A stretch of 49,380 nucleotides of DNA from Thermoleophilia bacterium. GTDB lineage: Bacteria > Actinomycetota > Thermoleophilia > Gaiellales > Gaiellaceae. The translations under genes were made by a program, and so were the position numbers. This document shows positions 8,226-20,058 of the stretch, in pieces. The stretch's first letter is position 1. Each line of letters begins with the position of its first letter. The stretch lies in NCBI GenBank assembly GCA_025934335.1, contig JAICYG010000001.1, forward strand, positions 1-49,380, written 5' to 3'. The notes below the pieces were generated by a model, which saw only the letters and a list, made by a program, of their open reading frames with translations, made no database searches and was not told where the DNA came from.

Positions 8226-9911
8226 GTGGACAGCGAAACGCTTCGCCGCCGCGCGCGCGCCGGGCTTGCGACCGGGCCCGAGCGCGCAGGCGCCCGCTCG
8301 CACTTCCGCGCGATGGGGATCGACCCCGCGCGGCTCGACGGGCGCATCGTCGGCGTCTGCTCGACGTGGACGGGGACGATGCCGTGCAACCTGAACCAGC
8401 TCGAGCTCTCGCGCCACGTCTGCGACGGCGTCACAGAGGCGGGCGGTGTCCCGCTCCCGTTCAACACGATCGCCGTCTCGGACAACCAGTCGCAGGGCAC
8501 GCCCGGCATGCGCGCGTCGCTGATCTCGCGCGAGGTGATCGCCGACTCGATCGAGCTGATGACGCACGCGCACGACTTCGACGCCCTCGTCTGCATCGTC
8601 GGCTGCGACAAGACGGTGCCCGCGGCGCTGATGGCGCTCGCGCGCCTCGACAAGCCCGCACTCGTCCTCTACAGCGGCCCCATGCGCGCCGGGCCCGGCA
8701 ACGCGACGATCCAGGACGTGTGGGAGGCCGTCGGCGCCGAGGAGCGCGGGCTGATGCCGCGCGCGGAGCTCGACGAGCTGGAGCGCACCGCCTGCCCCGG
8801 CGCCGGCACCTGCGCCGGACAGTTCACCGCGAACACGATGGCCGTCGCCCTCGACTGCCTGGGCATCGCCGTGCCCGGTGACGGTCTCGTCGCGGCCGTC
8901 GACCTCGTCGCGAAGGCCGAGGCGGCGCGGCGCGCGGGCGCGCTCGCGGCCGGTGCGCTGCCGCCGTCGCGGACGTTCCTCGACCGGCGCGGGCTCCTGA
9001 ACGCGATGGCGGGGATCGCGGCCAGCGGCGGCTCGACGAACGGCGTCCTCCACCTGCTCGCGATCGCCCGCGAGGCGGGGGTGGCGCTGACGCTCGACGA
9101 GCTCGCCGGCGTCGCCGCGCGCACGCCGGTGCTTGCGAATCTCGTGCCGTCCGGGCGTCATGTCGCCGGCGAGTTCCACGAGGCCGGCGGGACGCGCTCG
9201 CTCATCCGCGAGCTGGCGCGCGGCTCGCTCCTCGACGGGGCGGCGCCGACGGTGACCGGCCGGTCGCTCGCGCAGGAGACCGCCGATGCGCCGCCGCCCG
9301 ACGGCGAGATCCTGTTCCCGTTCGAGCGCCCGTACAAGGAGACGGCGGCGCTCGTCGTGCTGCGCGGCAACCTCGCCCCGGGCGGCTCCCTCGTCAAGGC
9401 GGCGGGCGCCGGGTTGCGGCGTCACCGAGGCCCCGCGCGCGTCTTCGACAGCGAGGAGGCGTGCGCCGAGGCGGTTCGCGCCGGCCTGGCGCAGCCGGGC
9501 GAGGTGCTCGTCGTCCGCTACGAGGGCCCCGCCGGCGGACCCGGCATGCGCGAGATGCTGAGCGTCACGTCGTCCGTCGTCGGTGCCGGCCTCGGCGAGA
9601 GCGTCGCACTCGTCACCGACGGGCGCTTCTCCGGCGCGACGCGCGGGCTGATGATCGGCCATGTGGCACCGGAGGCGGCGCGCGGCGGGCCGCTCGCCGC
9701 CGTCCGCGACGGCGACACGATCGCGATCGACCTCGACACGTGCACGCTCGAGCTCGAGCTCCCCGCTGAAGAGCTGCGCGCGCGGCTCGCCGAGTGGCGG
9801 GCGCCCGAGCTGCCTTACGGGAGCGGCGTCTTCGGCCGTTACCGCGCGCTCGTCGGCTCTGCCTCCGAGGGCGCCGTGCTCGCGTCTACGCTCGGCACGG
9901 AGCGGGTATGA
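8226..9911 (+). CDS. IlvD/Edd-family dehydratase (dihydroxy-acid or sugar-acid dehydratase)
   Basis: Motifs CDKTVPAALMALARLDKPALVLYSGPM, SGGSTNGVLHLLAIA and LVTDGRFSGATRGLMIGHVAPEA. GTG start lies 2 nt after the upstream stop. Confidence 0.85.
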   Translation: MDSETLRRRARAGLATGPERAGARSHFRAMGIDPARLDGRIVGVCSTWTGTMPCNLNQLELSRHVCDGVTEAGGVPLPFNTIAVSDNQSQGTPGMRASLISREVIADSIELMTHAHDFDALVCIVGCDKTVPAALMALARLDKPALVLYSGPMRAGPGNATIQDVWEAVGAEERGLMPRAELDELERTACPGAGTCAGQFTANTMAVALDCLGIAVPGDGLVAAVDLVAKAEAARRAGALAAGALPPSRTFLDRRGLLNAMAGIAASGGSTNGVLHLLAIAREAGVALTLDELAGVAARTPVLANLVPSGRHVAGEFHEAGGTRSLIRELARGSLLDGAAPTVTGRSLAQETADAPPPDGEILFPFERPYKETAALVVLRGNLAPGGSLVKAAGAGLRRHRGPARVFDSEEACAEAVRAGLAQPGEVLVVRYEGPAGGPGMREMLSVTSSVVGAGLGESVALVTDGRFSGATRGLMIGHVAPEAARGGPLAAVRDGDTIAIDLDTCTLELELPAEELRARLAEWRAPELPYGSGVFGRYRALVGSASEGAVLASTLGTERV

Positions 9912-10594
9912 GAGCGGTCGTGACAGGGGGCGGATCGGGGATCGGCGCGGCGGTGGCGCACCGCCTCGCCGACGACGGCTTCGACATCACCGTCGCCGAC
10001 CTCGAGCCGGACGCCGTCGCCACCGACCTCGGCGCGACCGGCGTCCGGCTCGACGTGCGCGACGAGGCGCAGGTCGCCCGCACGATGGACGGCGTCGACC
10101 TGCTCGTCAACGCCGCAGGCATCGGCTCGACGACGTCGGCGCCCGACACGCCGGTCGAGGTCTGGGACGACGTCTTCGCGGTCAACGCCCGCGGCACGTT
10201 CCTCTGTTGCAAGCATGCGATCCCGGCGATGAAGGCGCAGGGCGGCGGCGCGATCGTCAATGTCGCCTCGATCGCCGCCCTGGTCGGCCTGAAGAACCGC
10301 GCCGCCTACTGCGCCTCGAAGGGCGCGGTCGTCGCGCTCACGCGCGCACTCGCAGTCGACCATGTCGGCGATCGGATCCGCGTCAACGCCGTGTGCCCCG
10401 GCACGATCGACACGCCGTGGGTGGAGCGGCTCGTCGGCAATGCCGGCGAGTCCCTGGACGCGTTGCGTGCGCGGCAGCCCATGGGCCGCCTCGGCACCCC
10501 CGAGGAGGTCGCGGACGCCGTGGTCTACCTGGCGACGGCCGAATTCGTCACGGGCACGATCCTCACCGTCGACGGCGGGCTGACCGCAGCGTGA
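9908..10594 (+). CDS. SDR-family oxidoreductase
   Basis: TGGGSGIG cofactor motif, NAAG, and the catalytic YCASKGAV (YxxxK). ATGA overlap with the dehydratase stop. Confidence 0.85.
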   Translation: MRAVVTGGGSGIGAAVAHRLADDGFDITVADLEPDAVATDLGATGVRLDVRDEAQVARTMDGVDLLVNAAGIGSTTSAPDTPVEVWDDVFAVNARGTFLCCKHAIPAMKAQGGGAIVNVASIAALVGLKNRAAYCASKGAVVALTRALAVDHVGDRIRVNAVCPGTIDTPWVERLVGNAGESLDALRARQPMGRLGTPEEVADAVVYLATAEFVTGTILTVDGGLTAA

Positions 10595-11634
10595 TGCAGG
10601 CGCTCACCGTCGAGCCCGGCGTCGCTCACTCGGCCCGCGTCGAGGAGGTCGACGAGCCGTCGGGCGACGGCGTGCTCCTGCGCGTCCTCGAGGTAGGCGT
10701 GTGCGGCACCGACCGGGAGATTTCCGAGGGGTTGTACGGCGTCGCGCCGAAGGGCGAGCAGCGCCTCGTGATCGGGCACGAGTCGCTCGCGCGCGTCGAG
10801 CGCGACGGGCACGGGTTCTCGAAGGGCGACCTCGTCTGCGCGACGGTTCGCCGCTCGTGCGGCCACTGCCTCGCCTGCGGCGAGGGCGCGCCCGACTCGT
10901 GCCTCACCGGCGACTACACCGAGCACGGCATCACGAGGCTCGACGGGTTCGCGTGCGAGCTCGTGCTCGAGCACCCGGACTTCATCGTGCCCATCCCCCG
11001 CTCGCTCGGTCGGCTCGCCGTGCTCGCCGAGCCGACGTCGATCTGCACGCGCGGCGTGCGGCACGCCCTGACGATCGGCGCGCGCCAGCCGTGGGTACCG
11101 AAGCGCGCGCTCGTCACCGGCGCCGGCGCGGTCGGGCTGCTCTCGGCCATGCTGCTGCGGCTCGAGGGGATGGAGGTGTGCGTCGCGTCGCTCGAGGAGT
11201 CGAGCTCGATCGCGGAGGCGCTCGGCGCGGAGTACGTCTCGACCAGGTCGACGGATCTCGCAGGCCTCGGGCCTTTCGACATCGTCGTCGAGGCGGCCGG
11301 CGTCGCGCAGCTGATGCTGGACGGCCTCGGCTTGCTCGCGCGGAGCGGTGTCTGCTGCCTGCTCGGGATCGACGGCCGCGACGGCACGGCGCAGATCGCT
11401 GACAAGGTGATCGGCTCCGACACGGTGCTCGAGAACCGCGTGCTCTTCGGCAGCGTCAACGCGCATCACCGCGACTGGGTCACGGGCGTCGAGGCGCTCG
11501 ACCGGGCGCGGCAGCAGTTCCCCGGCGCGCTCGAGGAGCTGATCGCGCTGCGCGTTCCCCTCGACCGCTTCGAGGAGGCGTTCGCGTTCCACGGCGGGAA
11601 GGCGACGCTCGTGCTGGCGGAGCCCGATTCGTGA
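10594..11634 (+). CDS. Zn-dependent MDR dehydrogenase, glucose/aldose 1-dehydrogenase-like
   Basis: VGVCGTDREI and GHESLARV motifs as in archaeal-type glucose dehydrogenases, a Cys cluster CGHCLACGEGAPDSC, and GAGAVGLL. The start overlaps the SDR stop by 1 nt. Confidence 0.75.
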   Translation: MQALTVEPGVAHSARVEEVDEPSGDGVLLRVLEVGVCGTDREISEGLYGVAPKGEQRLVIGHESLARVERDGHGFSKGDLVCATVRRSCGHCLACGEGAPDSCLTGDYTEHGITRLDGFACELVLEHPDFIVPIPRSLGRLAVLAEPTSICTRGVRHALTIGARQPWVPKRALVTGAGAVGLLSAMLLRLEGMEVCVASLEESSSIAEALGAEYVSTRSTDLAGLGPFDIVVEAAGVAQLMLDGLGLLARSGVCCLLGIDGRDGTAQIADKVIGSDTVLENRVLFGSVNAHHRDWVTGVEALDRARQQFPGALEELIALRVPLDRFEEAFAFHGGKATLVLAEPDS

Positions 11635-12293
11635 AGACGACCGCGTTGACCTCGACGCTCACGCAGCTCACCCAGTTTCGCTTCGTCAACGCGTACCTCG
11701 TGCAGGAGGAGGACGGGTTGACGCTCGTCGACACGATGATGGGCAAGGCCGTGGACGGGATCCTCGCGGCCGCCGGCGGCGCGCTGCGGCGGATCGCGCT
11801 CACGCACGGGCACGGCGACCACGTCGGGGCGCTGGACGCGCTGAAGGAGCGGCTCGGCGACTCGGTGGAGGTGCTGATGCCGGAGCTCGACGCGCGCATC
11901 CACGCCGGCGAGCAGGTCGTCGAGGGGAAGCTGCCCGGCTCGTGGCCGCAGCTCTCGACGCGTCCCGACGTCCGGCTCGCGGAGGGCGACCGGGTCGGCT
12001 CGCTCGAGGTCGTGGCCGCGCCCGGTCATACGCCGGGGCACGTGGCGTTCCTCGAAACGCGTGACCGGACCCTGATCGCGGGCGACGTCTTCACGACCTA
12101 CGGCAGCCCGCAGGTCACGAATCACTTCTACTGGCGCTTCCCGTTCGCCGCGATGGCGACCTGGGACAAGCGGGTCGACGCGGAGTCCGCGCGGAAGCTG
12201 CGCGCGCTCGAGCCGTCGCTCCTCGCAGTCGGGCACGGTCCGGCGCTGCGGTTGCCGGCGGCGGCGATGGATGCCGCGCTCGCCCGGGCGTAG
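11631..12293 (+). CDS. MBL-fold metallo-hydrolase (possible lactonase)
   Basis: HGHGDHVGA (HxHxDH) and PGHTPGH motifs. GTGA overlap with the upstream gene. Confidence 0.8.
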   Translation: MKTTALTSTLTQLTQFRFVNAYLVQEEDGLTLVDTMMGKAVDGILAAAGGALRRIALTHGHGDHVGALDALKERLGDSVEVLMPELDARIHAGEQVVEGKLPGSWPQLSTRPDVRLAEGDRVGSLEVVAAPGHTPGHVAFLETRDRTLIAGDVFTTYGSPQVTNHFYWRFPFAAMATWDKRVDAESARKLRALEPSLLAVGHGPALRLPAAAMDAALARA

Positions 12294-12455
12294 GTATCAC
12301 CCATACGCGCAAACCTGCGACGTCTTCGTGACGAAACGCAGGCACCCAATCGAAACCGTCGGCTTTCCAGGGCTTTCTGCGGTTGGCCTCCGCGGTCGCG
12401 GGGGACATGCCCGGTGGCAGCCACCGCCACGAAACGCGCACAGCTCTGCCCCGGA

Positions 12456-13114
12456 TCAGGTGCGCGCGAAGAGGAGGTCGAGGTAGAGCGGGACGGCGCG
12501 ATCGTGGCCGGGGACCTCGCGCAGGTCGGCCAGGGCGAAGCCGGCGGCCAGGAACGTGCGGAGCTGGTCCTCGATCGTGCGGTGCTGGTGGTGGACGTGG
12601 TGCTCGCCGAGCTCGACCGGGTGGAGGTCCCGGTCGAAGTAGCCGCGCACGCGCAGCTCGCCGGTCTCCTCGTCGTAGGTCCCGACCTGCGAGACCGGGT
12701 GGATCGTCCCGACCAGCAGCTGCCCACCCGGTGCGAGCACGCGCGCGAGCTCGCGCGCCGCAGGCTCGAGCTCGCGCACATGCGGCAGCACGTTGACGCA
12801 GACGGCGAGCTGCGCCGCACCGTCTCCGAGCGGCAGCGCGTCGATCGACGCGACCTCGTACCGGCCCTCTGGATGCGCCTCGCGCGCCTTTCCGACGAGC
12901 ACCTCCGACGCGTCGAAGCCGACGACGTCGTACCCGCGCTGCGCGAGCTCGCGCGAGACGCGCCCCTCGCCGCACCCGGCGTCGACGGTCAGCCCACGCG
13001 GCGGCGGCAGCAGCTCGTACAACGACGCGTCGTGCGCGTGCACCCGGCCGCCCATGCCGGAGCGGATCCGCTCGACCCACTCGTGCGACCCCTGGTTCCA
13101 TGCCTCGGTCTCGC

Positions 13115-13118
<4 letters not shown>
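12456..13118 (-). CDS. class I SAM-dependent methyltransferase
   Basis: Motif I VDAGCGEGR, and the post-I acidic residue in VVGFDAS. The GTG at 13118 forms a GTGA overlap with the upstream Gfo/Idh/MocA stop. Confidence 0.8.
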
Positions 13119-16041
<2,923 letters not shown>

Positions 16042-16065
16042 CCTTCGATACTAGATTGAAGACCG

Positions 16066-19000
16066 GTGGCGGCCGTCGCGATCCGTGGGACGACGTACCC
16101 CGTCGTCCTCCCGAAGCTGAAAGACCCCCGGCTGCACCTTGCGGCGACGATCACGTCCCTGCAGGTGCTGGGCCAGGTGGCGTTCCATTTCCGGCTCTCG
16201 ATCGCGCAGATCCTCGTCTCGCTCGGGACCTGCGCCGTGATCGAGATCGTGATCACGCTCCGCACGCAACGGGTGCTGATGTGGCCCGCGAGCGCGCTCC
16301 TGACGGCGAACGGAGTCGCGTTCGTGCTGCGCGTCCCCGGGGAGCGCCACGGCGACTGGTGGAGCCTGCGCGACTGGTGGCTCTTCGTCGCCGTCTCGGG
16401 CGGCTCGCTGCTCTCGAAGCACGTGATCCGCTGGCGCCGCGAGCACGTCTTCAACCCGTCGAACATCGGGCTCGTCGTCTGCTTCCTGGCGCTCGGGCGC
16501 ACACGGGCGGAGCCGCTCGACTTCTGGTGGGGGCCGATGTCGTGGTGGATGGCGCTCGCGCTCGTGATCATCGTCACCGGCGGCTTCGCGATCCTGACGC
16601 GCCTCGCGTTGCTCCGCGTCGCGCTCTCGTTCTGGGCGGCGTTCGCGGCCGGCATCGCCGTGCTCGCGCTGACCGGCCACGCGATGACGGCGCGCTGGCA
16701 CCTCGGCCCGATCACGGGGTTCCACCTCTGGTGGGTGCTCGTGACCTCGCCCGAGGTGCTCGTCTTCCTCTTCTTCATGATCACCGACCCGAAGACGGCG
16801 CCGCGCGACCCCCGCAGCCGCCTCGTCTACGGGACGGCGCTCGGGGCAATCGCGGCGCTGCTGATCGCCCCGACGACCACCGAGTTCGCGGCGAAGGTCG
16901 CGGTGCTCGGCTCGCTCGCGGTCGTGTGCCTCGCGATCCTCGTGCTGCGCGTGGTGCCGGTCCGCGTCGACCGCCGGCGCGGAGCGATCGCGGCCGCGGC
17001 AGGCCTGGCAGCGTTCGCGGGTGTGGCGGCGTTCGCCAACAACGGCGCCCCCGCATCCGTTGCGGCGCCGCGCGCGGTGGGCGCGCTGCCGCCGATCGAG
17101 ATCGACCCGTCGCCGGGCGTGCAGACGCAGCTCGACCGCGCGACCGCGGAGCAGATCGCCTACGGCCTCGTGCGCGCACGGCACGTGGGCACGGGGGCGA
17201 CTGTCCGGATCCACCTCGTTCCCGGCACCGACCAGTCGCCGCCGAGCGCGGTGGCGCGGCTCGCGGGCGCGACCTACCGGCTGAGCCAGACCGGCGCCGG
17301 CGCGTGGGCGCTCGGCGGCGCGAAGGCTCCTCCCGCCGCGCCCCGGCCCACCAGCGGCTCGCTCGGCGACACGCGCCTCGTGAACGTCGCTCCCTCCGTC
17401 GGGCTCGACTTCCGCCAGGGCTCGTTCCGCTTCGGCGTCTCGAACGAGACGAAGTCGATGATGGGCGGCGGCGTCTGCTGGCTCGACTACAACGGCGACG
17501 GACGCCTCGACCTGTTCGCCGTCAACTCGTACGCGAGCGCCGACGCCGACCGCTGGGCCGCGCACGGCGGACTGCCGACGAGCGAGCTCTTCGAGAACGT
17601 CGGCCGGAGCTTCCGCAACGTGACCCACGAGACGCACGCCGGTCTCGCCGTCCAGGGCGACGGGTGCGTCGCCGGCGACCTGAACGGCGACGGTCGCACC
17701 GATCTCGTGGTGACGACGACGAGCGGCGTCGAGATCCTCTGGAACCGCGGCGGCACGTTCCGGGCGGCGTCGCTGCCGGCGACCGGCTGGTACGCGGGCG
17801 CCGCCCTCGCCGACGTGAACGGCGACGGGCGCCCCGACCTGTTCGTCGCCGGCTACGCCGACCCGAACCGACCGGTGCCGGGCTCGTATGCCGGCTTCCC
17901 GACGAACCTGGCCGGCGTTCGCGACCTGCTCTTCCTGAACGAGGGCGGCGGCCGCTTCCGCGAGGCGGGCGTCGCCGCGGGCCTGGAGGCAGCCGGGTTC
18001 CGTCACGGGCTCGGCGCCGAGTTCATGGACGTGAACGGCGACGGCCGCCCCGACCTCTACGTGGCGAACGACGAGGACCCGAACGACCTCTACGTGAACG
18101 TGCCGTGGCCGGGCGGCGCGGCGGCGGACCCTGCCGGCCTCGGCTTCCGCTTCGAGGAGCGCGGCAACGCGTCGGGGGTCGACGACCCGTTCGCCGGGAT
18201 GGGGATCGCGACGTTCGGCGACCGGCTGCTCGTCACGAACTCGCGCGGCGAGCCGTCGGCGGCCTACGACCGCCGGGGCACCGAGCGGTTCGCGAACGAC
18301 CGACCGAGCGTCGACCCGGCGCTCGGCAGCGACTTCGCCGGCTGGGGCGCCGCCTTCGTCGACCTGCGGAATGACGGCCGACCTGCGCTCGTGCTCGCGG
18401 CGGGCGCGATCCCCGTCACGAGCCTCGAGCACGACGCCGAGGCGGTGCGCGTGCTGGCACCGGCGGCGGGACGCACGCTCGGCGATGCGAAGAGCGTCGT
18501 CTCGACCGGTTTCCGGCTGAACGGGCGCGGGCTCGCCGTCGCCGACGCCTGGAACGACGGCGGCCAGGAGATCGCGATCAACACGATCGGCGGCAAGCTC
18601 GTCCTCCTGCAGCCGAGCAGGCCCGGTGGGCACTGGCTCGACGTCGCGCTGACCCGCTTCTCACCGGGCGCGGTCGTGACCGCCGTGCTCCCCGGGGGCC
18701 GGCGCCTGCAGGCGGAGGTGCACGCCGGAAGCAGCTACCTCTCGTCCGAGGACCCGCGCGTGCATTTCGGGCTCGGCCGGGCGACGCGCGTCGAGCGGCT
18801 CGTCGTGCGGTTCCCGTCGGGCGCCGTAACTCGGCTCGACGGCGTCCCCGCGAACCGGGTCGTCAAGGTGCTCGCGCCGGACGCCATCCGGCGCGCGTCA
18901 CGGGCAGCGCCCGCCTCCTGCACCCGCACGACGCACGATTCGGTGGCCCGCCGCTGGAACGACACGGCGGTCGAGGTGCTCCGGCTCGGGAACGCGCCCG

Positions 19001-20058
19001 ACCCGGTGGCCGCGCGCGACCTCTACGACCTCTCGCTCGTCGTCAAGCAGGCGTACGACCGCACGCCGCCCGCTCGAGCGGACGCGGCGATCAGCTACGC
19101 CGCGTACCGGCTGCTCCTCTGGCAGGCCTCGCACCTCGAGAACCTCTCGCGGACGTTCGCGCTGCTCGAGAGCCGGCTGCGCGCGCTCTGCTACTCGCCG
19201 ACGGTCACACGCGGCACCGGGAATCGCCTCGCAGCCGCCATGATCGCCTCGACCCGCGGCGACGGCACCAACGAGACCCTTCACTACGCCGACCCGGGCT
19301 ACACGCCGCGGAACCAGCCGCTGATCGTCGCGCAGCCGGGGTCGACGGTGCACGACGCGACGTTCTGGCAGCCGCTCGCGCTCGCGCAGTTCTCGCCGCG
19401 CGGCTCGGGCGCGGTCCCGGCACGGGTGGAGCCGTTCGTCGGCTCGCAGTGGGGCTCGGTGCGCACGTTTGCCGGCAAGGTCCGCGTGAAGCCGCCGGCG
19501 CTCGGCGACCCGTCCGGCAAGCGCTACCGGGAGGCGGCGCTGGCGGTGCTCAGGGCCACCGCGGCGGCGGGCGCCGCGAGCCGTGCCCCCACCACGCCGA
19601 CCGGGCTCAACACCGGCCTGCCGAGCCGTGGCCTGAAGGGCGACGTCGAGCTCGACCTGAGGCTGAACGCGGCCCTCAACGACGTGGCCGTCTCGGTCTA
19701 CGGCGCGAAGCGCGAGTACGAGGCGCCGCGCCCGATCTCGATCATCCGCTACCTCGCCTTCAACGACCAGCTGCCGCTCGTGGCCGGGCTGACGCGGAAG
19801 GCCGGCGACACGATCGAGGTGCGCCTGCGAGGCCGCTGGGTGCGCGGCGACCGGTGGACGCCGCCCGCCCCCACGCCGGCGTCGCCCGGTTACCCGTCGG
19901 CGAGCGCGGCGTACGAGGCGGCAGCGGCCCGGGTGCTCCGGCGGGCGCCACGCGCCGACGTCGGCGTCGCGCAGGGGATCGAGCTGCCGCAGGACGCCGC
20001 CGCAGGCCGGGCGATCGGAGCCGCGGTCGCGCGCCGCGTGCTCGCGAAGCTCCGCTAA
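16066..20058 (+). CDS. 1330-aa fusion: RnfD/NqrB-like membrane domain + FG-GAP/ASPIC (CRTAC1-like) domain + degenerate PAP2/vanadium-haloperoxidase-like domain
   Basis: aa 1-300 are multi-TM with FNPSN and FFMITDPKTAP (compare FFMATDPV in NqrB/RnfD). There are four NGDGR-x-DL FG-GAP repeats (DYNGDGRLDLF, GDLNGDGRTDLVV, ADVNGDGRPDLFV, MDVNGDGRPDLYV), then an ASPIC/UnbV-like segment HAGSSYLSSEDPRVHFGLG. The C-terminal domain carries KREYEAPRP (K-x6-RP). Confidence 0.75.
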   Translation: MAAVAIRGTTYPVVLPKLKDPRLHLAATITSLQVLGQVAFHFRLSIAQILVSLGTCAVIEIVITLRTQRVLMWPASALLTANGVAFVLRVPGERHGDWWSLRDWWLFVAVSGGSLLSKHVIRWRREHVFNPSNIGLVVCFLALGRTRAEPLDFWWGPMSWWMALALVIIVTGGFAILTRLALLRVALSFWAAFAAGIAVLALTGHAMTARWHLGPITGFHLWWVLVTSPEVLVFLFFMITDPKTAPRDPRSRLVYGTALGAIAALLIAPTTTEFAAKVAVLGSLAVVCLAILVLRVVPVRVDRRRGAIAAAAGLAAFAGVAAFANNGAPASVAAPRAVGALPPIEIDPSPGVQTQLDRATAEQIAYGLVRARHVGTGATVRIHLVPGTDQSPPSAVARLAGATYRLSQTGAGAWALGGAKAPPAAPRPTSGSLGDTRLVNVAPSVGLDFRQGSFRFGVSNETKSMMGGGVCWLDYNGDGRLDLFAVNSYASADADRWAAHGGLPTSELFENVGRSFRNVTHETHAGLAVQGDGCVAGDLNGDGRTDLVVTTTSGVEILWNRGGTFRAASLPATGWYAGAALADVNGDGRPDLFVAGYADPNRPVPGSYAGFPTNLAGVRDLLFLNEGGGRFREAGVAAGLEAAGFRHGLGAEFMDVNGDGRPDLYVANDEDPNDLYVNVPWPGGAAADPAGLGFRFEERGNASGVDDPFAGMGIATFGDRLLVTNSRGEPSAAYDRRGTERFANDRPSVDPALGSDFAGWGAAFVDLRNDGRPALVLAAGAIPVTSLEHDAEAVRVLAPAAGRTLGDAKSVVSTGFRLNGRGLAVADAWNDGGQEIAINTIGGKLVLLQPSRPGGHWLDVALTRFSPGAVVTAVLPGGRRLQAEVHAGSSYLSSEDPRVHFGLGRATRVERLVVRFPSGAVTRLDGVPANRVVKVLAPDAIRRASRAAPASCTRTTHDSVARRWNDTAVEVLRLGNAPDPVAARDLYDLSLVVKQAYDRTPPARADAAISYAAYRLLLWQASHLENLSRTFALLESRLRALCYSPTVTRGTGNRLAAAMIASTRGDGTNETLHYADPGYTPRNQPLIVAQPGSTVHDATFWQPLALAQFSPRGSGAVPARVEPFVGSQWGSVRTFAGKVRVKPPALGDPSGKRYREAALAVLRATAAAGAASRAPTTPTGLNTGLPSRGLKGDVELDLRLNAALNDVAVSVYGAKREYEAPRPISIIRYLAFNDQLPLVAGLTRKAGDTIEVRLRGRWVRGDRWTPPAPTPASPGYPSASAAYEAAAARVLRRAPRADVGVAQGIELPQDAAAGRAIGAAVARRVLAKLR

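Noticed and set aside
12294-12455. 162-nt lower-G+C spacer between the convergent MBL and methyltransferase genes, examined for a tRNA, sRNA or bidirectional terminator
   Set aside because: I found no cloverleaf or T-loop consensus. Only short (5-bp) stems are present, and there is no conserved riboswitch-like core. I cannot support any RNA feature from sequence alone.
17480-18070. Repeated aacggcgacgg-type DNA motif, considered as a tandem repeat or array
   Set aside because: The copies are irregularly spaced and simply encode the NGDGR core of successive FG-GAP repeats within one protein. This is not a DNA-level repeat element.
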